DNA of 64,000 nucleotides from contig JAMCWD010000031.1 in NCBI GenBank assembly GCA_023475345.1, forward strand, positions 1,585 through 65,584, written 5' to 3'. Positions within the stretch are counted from its first letter, which is position 1; the number at the start of each line of letters is the position of its first letter. The stretch comes from Chloroflexota bacterium (GTDB lineage Bacteria; Vulcanimicrobiota; JAMCWD01). The notes beneath the pieces were generated by a model. It ran no database searches. It was given only the letters and a program-made list of their open reading frames with translations, and was not told the origin of the DNA. Below are positions 59,451 to 64,000 of the stretch, in pieces. Position numbers and translations under genes: made by a program.

Positions 59451-60940
59451 AAGAACCTGGCTAACAAGAAAACCATCGAATTCCACATGGCATGAGTTAT
59501 AATCGCAACCCAAAGGCTGCCCGTCCTGTCATACAGGTATCCCAGGAGGACGCCTATGCCTATTATAGGCAGGATGCCCGCCGGGTCGGCATGCATTAAA
59601 GAAAAAATCACCGCCGATAATAATATGGCGGGCCATCTCCCCCATGCGCTCCTTATCGAGCCGAGCAAAAATCCCCTGAACAGGAATTCTTCGAATGCAG
59701 GCGCAAGAACCCCGACAAGAATAAAGAGAAAAACCATCTCGTAAGTATTCATGTTCGTGATAACCTGCTCCAGGATAGGGTTTGTCGATACGTTGGGCGC
59801 CTTCGCTATGTAAAGGTTGACGAGCGACAGGGACGCCACGGTGAAAATAGCGCATATAAATCCTATCGGCCCCAGGAAAAGGCTTTTGGGATGCATGAGG
59901 CCTATTCCCAGTTCTTTGATTTTTCCGCCGTAAGCCCTGACGAAATATAAAACTATCGATATCAGCAGGATTGAAACAGGTATGTAAGCGATGAGCAAAG
60001 TAATCAGAAGGGAGGACGAGACTACATAATTAACAAGCTCGAAAAGCCAGTTCCGCAGGAAAAAAATTACAAGGAACACCCCCCATGCATCGATGAGCGG
60101 CCACTGGGGGGCGGTAAACGTTCCGCCAAGCCATTTTGTAAGCAGGGGGAGAAGTATGACCCCCAAAAGGCCCAGGAAAAATCCAAGGAACAAAAGCATG
60201 CCGAGCAATGCAAGGTTTATAAAAAATTTGTATGCTTCCTTCCTTTCGGCGTCTTTCAAAGCGGCAAGCCCGCTTTTATCGCCTGCCGCGGCAAGGACCA
60301 TCTCCATGCCCGTGTCCCGGAACCAGCCGTTGTAATTCATGCCGATAATATTTTTAGCATCTTCCGGTTTCATCCCGTCGGGGAGCCTGCCTGTCTGAAT
60401 TAAAGGCAGCATCAATTTTCTGCATTCAGGTTTTTCTTTTATAACCGGTTCTTCATTCAATGCGGCGGCGGCCTCCTGCTTATTGCCCAGCTCGTTTTCA
60501 AGGATTGCCAGGCGGCAGAAGTAGCCGGCCCCTGCTTTTCCGATATCCTGATTTTTATAAATTGTAAGGGCGATTTGAATGATTTTTGAATGCAGGTCCC
60601 CGGCCCGGTCTTGAGATTTATTCGTCACTTTTTTCGGCGGGGATGCGGCCTGTGTATCCAGAGCTTTATTCTCCCGGACTTCTTCCAGTTCTTTATCCAG
60701 CATGCCGCTCAGGACTGTTGTTAAGGTTTTTTTAAGCTCAGGGTCTTCTATTGAATCCGGGAGGTTGCTGAACCTTAAGTATATGTCGGTTGCGAGGATT
60801 ACACGGTCCTGTGTAATTTTTCCGACCTCCCCGAATGCCGGCATGAACCTTGCTATTATCGTATAAATCCAGATAATTGTGATTATGAAGATTAAGATGT
60901 TTTTTATCAGCCTGTAATGCGGGATTTTGCTTAACTGCAT
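59435..60940 (-). CDS. CPBP-family intramembrane glutamic endopeptidase (CAAX/Abi type) with a roughly 240-aa N-terminal extension
   Basis: Motifs APAFEEFLFRGFLLG, FSLMHA and ITHAMWN in the C-terminal multi-TM half. The N-terminal half has one TM helix plus a soluble region. The 3' end overlaps rqcH by 16 nt (convergent). Confidence 0.85.
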   Translation of the reverse strand: MQLSKIPHYRLIKNILIFIITIIWIYTIIARFMPAFGEVGKITQDRVILATDIYLRFSNLPDSIEDPELKKTLTTVLSGMLDKELEEVRENKALDTQAASPPKKVTNKSQDRAGDLHSKIIQIALTIYKNQDIGKAGAGYFCRLAILENELGNKQEAAAALNEEPVIKEKPECRKLMLPLIQTGRLPDGMKPEDAKNIIGMNYNGWFRDTGMEMVLAAAGDKSGLAALKDAERKEAYKFFINLALLGMLLFLGFFLGLLGVILLPLLTKWLGGTFTAPQWPLIDAWGVFLVIFFLRNWLFELVNYVVSSSLLITLLIAYIPVSILLISIVLYFVRAYGGKIKELGIGLMHPKSLFLGPIGFICAIFTVASLSLVNLYIAKAPNVSTNPILEQVITNMNTYEMVFLFILVGVLAPAFEEFLFRGFLLGSIRSAWGRWPAILLSAVIFSLMHADPAGILPIIGIGVLLGYLYDRTGSLWVAIITHAMWNSMVFLLARFFYGMA

Positions 60941-60983
60941 CTGCCTTATCCTTTGCTTTGCCTGAACTTATATATGCCTGTTT

Positions 60984-61502
60984 CTATATGCGGCTTTTGT
61001 GTACTTCTTTTTCCAGCACCATCATATTTACCTTTTTTGTAAAGTTGTTAAAAATAAAAACCAGCCTCATCCTGCCCGCGACATTTTTCAATTCGTACAG
61101 GTAATAAAATGCGGCTTCCCCGTTGATCTCCGTATCACCACTCTCATCAGGCGTCCCGTATAACCGTTTAACCTTACGGGACGAATCGCCCAGTCCAATC
61201 CCTTTAATCGTCCGGACTTCGGGATCTTCGCCTTTCACCGCTATGGAACTCACCGTATAATCCCGCCCGATCTTGACGATACAAACGGAATCGAAGCCGA
61301 ACCTGTCCCGGTATATATATACGTCGTAATCGTCTTCGTACCTTGTCTCGGAAGGCTCGCCGAGCTTGTTCAGCGCTTCCGCAGCGTTCTGGCCGGGATT
61401 TATCCCCCATATATTTTCAGGGGTTGATAATCCGAAAGGCAGCGGGATGGACAGGAACAAAAAAATGATGACGGTTAAAAAACCGGATTTCTTATCATTC
61501 AT
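60984..61502 (-). CDS. Secreted or membrane-anchored hypothetical protein (172 aa)
   Basis: N-terminal hydrophobic segment GFLTVIIFLFLSIPLPFG. The start overlaps the upstream gene's stop (ATGA). No recognised motif. Confidence 0.65.
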   Translation of the reverse strand: MNDKKSGFLTVIIFLFLSIPLPFGLSTPENIWGINPGQNAAEALNKLGEPSETRYEDDYDVYIYRDRFGFDSVCIVKIGRDYTVSSIAVKGEDPEVRTIKGIGLGDSSRKVKRLYGTPDESGDTEINGEAAFYYLYELKNVAGRMRLVFIFNNFTKKVNMMVLEKEVHKSRI

Positions 61503-63154
61503 TGGTCGTACTTGATAGTATATTTTTTTGAGATCATGTATTCAAATATTCCCTGCTCTCCTTTTTCTCTTTCAAGCTCGTGAAACATCGTAAAAGCTTT
61601 CTGGTAGCCGGGATACAGCCACCCGGATATGGATACGGCGTAATGGTAGTATCCTTTTTTAATGCAGAGCTTGTAAGAGATCCATGTGGCGAAGGATTCC
61701 TGGGCGTAAATATTGTTTCTTTTAGGACTGTGCTGGAAAACCCACATGTGCCCCATCTCATGAGCCATGACGCCGAACGCTTCGGCAACTTCCAGCCCCT
61801 GAAGCACGTACAACTTCCCGGATACCGAGGCCATGCCAAGCGGGCCGTTCATCGTCTTGTAGTCATCCCTTTTTACGAAGACGAGTTGTATTGGTTTTTC
61901 GAGTTTCATCCCGTAATATTCATCGAACATATCTTTTACTTCTTCCATTAATTTTTCGGCATGTTCTTCAGTATCCATGAGCTCTGTTTCGCCATTGGCC
62001 CAGTTGATTTCAGGGTTGTCAGGCATCTTGTCGATGCCCGATGTGGTTAACCCGCCCGGAATTTTATGAGCCACTATGTTGCCCCATTCGCTTTCGGTTT
62101 TCGCCTCATCGCCTGTCTCTACCGGATTTTGCTCCGTGCCCGCTTTCCTGTTAATGGCCGCGTCACCAGGTACAGGAGCAGGCCGGTAGTTTGGTGCCGC
62201 AGGCCCGGGGTTTCCTTTTGCCGTGGGTATGTAATCGGGGATGGGCGCTACGCCGGACGCCCCGGATTGATAGCCTGTATTATTAGAAGCATCAGCCGTA
62301 TAATTCTCCTGACCGGTATTTGATCCGCCGGGAGAATTCGAACCCGGGCCGGGAATTTCTTGTCCATACCCCGGCTCACTGTAGGTGACAGGCATCCGGG
62401 CCGCAGTTTCCTTATAAGAAGGCTCCGGTGCTTCTTCGCTTAAAGCAGGCCGGGAAAGCTCATCGTTGTTCGGGTTGATGTCGCCGGATGCGATTTCCGA
62501 AGATGTCGAAACAATGTTGAACCTGCGCCAGCCGTCATCGGGGACTATATCCTTCCGGCCCGTACTGAAAGCCGATCCTTTGCGTATGATGGTATTTAAT
62601 TCGCCGCCCTTCAGAAGTTCTGTTTCGTTGTTGCCAGGCCCGCCGTAAGCCAGGGCCGCATCACCGCCCCTGGGAGCGACTTCTATTTTGTCGGGCTTGA
62701 TCCATATTTCGGTTACAGGCGAAGACGAGGTTATCTTACCCCCGAGTATTTCAACCTCACAGTCGCCGTTCTGCATGTTTTCAATCCACAGCCTGCCGGA
62801 GATCAGGGATAATTTCAAGACGGGTTTATCAATGTCCGGTTTGTATGATAAAAATTCCAATTGAGTTTCTTTGCCGAGCCTCAGGTAAAAGTCATTCCCC
62901 AGCGCAAGCACCGTAAGCAATGCGCTCCCTGATGTGACGCGCTCCGTAGGAGGGAAAGCATGCTTTAGCAAATTTACATAACAGTCGTGTTTCTTATCCC
63001 ATACCTTCACGGGAGCCTGGTAATACAATACCCTGACGTCGCCCTGATTCAGCCGCACTTTGTTATTCATTTGAATCCCGGTGAAAACAAGTGCGGCGAT
63101 GACGACAAAAAACAAAACTATAATCAAGAATAAATTTTTACGTATCATTTGCAT
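61499..63154 (-). CDS. Membrane-anchored protein: FecR-like region / Gly-Pro-Asn-rich linker / gluzincin-type HEXXH metallopeptidase domain
   Basis: N-terminal TM helix LFLIIVLFFVVIAALVF. The FecR-like stretch (TSGSALLTVLALGNDFYLRLGKETQLEF…GRLWIEN) is a tentative assignment. Disordered P/G/N region. C-terminal AHEMGHMW with a Glu 17 residues later (QESFATW). Confidence 0.75.
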   Translation of the reverse strand: MQMIRKNLFLIIVLFFVVIAALVFTGIQMNNKVRLNQGDVRVLYYQAPVKVWDKKHDCYVNLLKHAFPPTERVTSGSALLTVLALGNDFYLRLGKETQLEFLSYKPDIDKPVLKLSLISGRLWIENMQNGDCEVEILGGKITSSSPVTEIWIKPDKIEVAPRGGDAALAYGGPGNNETELLKGGELNTIIRKGSAFSTGRKDIVPDDGWRRFNIVSTSSEIASGDINPNNDELSRPALSEEAPEPSYKETAARMPVTYSEPGYGQEIPGPGSNSPGGSNTGQENYTADASNNTGYQSGASGVAPIPDYIPTAKGNPGPAAPNYRPAPVPGDAAINRKAGTEQNPVETGDEAKTESEWGNIVAHKIPGGLTTSGIDKMPDNPEINWANGETELMDTEEHAEKLMEEVKDMFDEYYGMKLEKPIQLVFVKRDDYKTMNGPLGMASVSGKLYVLQGLEVAEAFGVMAHEMGHMWVFQHSPKRNNIYAQESFATWISYKLCIKKGYYHYAVSISGWLYPGYQKAFTMFHELEREKGEQGIFEYMISKKYTIKYDQ

Positions 63155-63400
63155 ATTATTATCAAGAACCGAATTATTCTTAATTATAATTATACCTTAT
63201 CGGGTATCAATGCTCAAGGAATGATCCGATTACCGGCGGCGCTGACCGTTAAAAACATTGTCCTGGCCTGTCGGGAACTTTTCCATCTTTTCATCGCGGC
63301 GCTGATGTTTCCCGGCGGTTTTTAAGCCCGGCGAAAACCTTCAGGAACAAAATTTCCGATAAAGTCAAGTGTTTTACAATTAATAATTTAAAGAAAAAAC

Positions 63401-63429
63401 TTGACTAACATATAATCCCTTCCTATAAT
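63401..63429 (+). promoter_or_regulatory. Near-consensus sigma-A promoter upstream of sigH
   Basis: TTGACT (63401-63406), 17-nt spacer, TATAAT (63424-63429), about 80 nt upstream of the sigH start. Confidence 0.6.
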
Positions 63430-63509
63430 AGAGTAAGATTTTTCCCTGATTATTTAAAGAAAAAAGAGAATGGCCGTCTTACAGGCGGCGATTTCTCTCT
63501 AAGAGGAGG

Positions 63510-64000
63510 ATGAGGGGTTTGTTGAAGCTCCACACGGAGATATTCACCAGGGCTCGTAGAGAACCCGATGAGGAATTGGTTCAGCAAGCCAAAAGAGGAG
63601 ACGAAGTTGCAACGGAATTCATCATAAACAAGTATAAGAACTTCGTACGAGTCAAAGCCAAGTCATACTTCCTTGTCGGCGCTGACAGGGAAGACATAAT
63701 CCAGGAAGGCATGATCGGTCTTTTCAAGGCCATAAGGGACTTCCGTCCCGACAAGCTTTCTTCATTTCGCGCCTTTGCCGAGCTCTGCATTACCAGGCAG
63801 ATAATCACCGCCATTAAAACCGCGACAAGGCAGAAGCATATCCCGCTGAACTCATACATCTCGCTTAACAAGCCGGTGTATGACGACGATTCCGAACGCA
63901 CAATGCTGGACGTCTTATCCGGCACCAAGATCATGGACCCCGAACAGGTATTCATCGACCATGAGCTTTCGGACGATCTCCGGGACAAGATAAAAGAAAA
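63510..64000 (+). CDS. sigH: RNA polymerase sigma-H factor, 3' end outside window
   Basis: Not in the ORF track because there is no stop inside the window. Translation gives …KYKNFVRVKAKSYFLVGADREDIIQEGMIGLFKAIRDFRPDKLSSFRAFAELCITRQIITAIKTATRQKHIPLNSYISLNKPVYDDDSERTMLDV…, nearly collinear with B. subtilis SigH as I recall it. The start is ATG 63510 or TTG 63519/63522, after AAGAGGAGG. Confidence 0.9.
   Translation, partial: MRGLLKLHTEIFTRARREPDEELVQQAKRGDEVATEFIINKYKNFVRVKAKSYFLVGADREDIIQEGMIGLFKAIRDFRPDKLSSFRAFAELCITRQIITAIKTATRQKHIPLNSYISLNKPVYDDDSERTMLDVLSGTKIMDPEQVFIDHELSDDLRDKIKE

Noticed and set aside
63221-63325. 34-codon ORF (MIRLPAALTVKNIVLACRELFHLFIAALMFPGGF) in the sigH upstream gap
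   Set aside because: The AAGGA abuts the ATG with no spacing, there is no support from context, and the ORF is short enough to arise by chance.
63581-63988. 135-aa minus-strand ORF at the right edge
   Set aside because: It is antisense to the unmistakable sigma-H coding frame, which the track omits only because it lacks a stop codon within the window.

Overview
Densely coding 64-kb chromosomal window of mid-range GC (judged by eye), holding about 55 genes, one tRNA and no rRNA, CRISPR array, transposase or integrase that I can recognise. The organism looks like an uncultivated anaerobe with Firmicutes-type hallmarks: a near-canonical sigH at the right edge, dprA-topA-trmFO-hslV synteny, a CodW-like HslV N-terminus, RqcH, and B. 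subtilis-like flagellar export gene order. This placement is an inference. Left to right: (1) the 3' part of a flagellar operon (rod/hook gene, fliM, fliN, fliO, fliP, fliQ, fliR, flhB, flhA, then a small acidic ORF and a terminator); (2) on the minus strand, a 1292-aa secreted S55 (SpoIVB-type) peptidase/propeller protein and a Pro/Ala-linker secreted protein; (3) an HD-GYP gene, then hypCDE coupled to two unknown secreted proteins and an IMPase; (4) a xanthine-dehydrogenase-family operon (MoaD-like, FAD, 2Fe-2S and Mo subunits), and about 7 kb further on a second set (mocA, xdhC, orphan Mo subunit), separated by TPR, DJ-1-like, membrane and thrCB genes; (5) a GT4 gene and tRNA-fMet with consensus promoter and terminator, followed by a short AT-rich patch with a membrane pentapeptide-repeat protein, a tandem HD-GYP protein and a TPR lipoprotein; (6) a Zn-ribbon/PP2C/FHA module, dprA, topA, trmFO and hslV; (7) a sensor kinase, receiver, mutS and a His-tailed DMT transporter joined by overlapping stop/start codons; (8) a PII-like ORF, rqcH, a minus-strand envelope-protease trio and the 5' part of sigH. 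No known defence or mobile system is recognisable. The best candidates for something new are the apparently disabled two-component pair (H-box His replaced by Ser, plus a frameshifted receiver), a roughly 160-bp long inverted repeat with a third dispersed core copy, the hypCDE-plus-secreted-proteins operon, the giant S55 protein, and the CPBP/FecR-like-gluzincin trio. All functional calls rest on motif recognition by eye; no searches were run.
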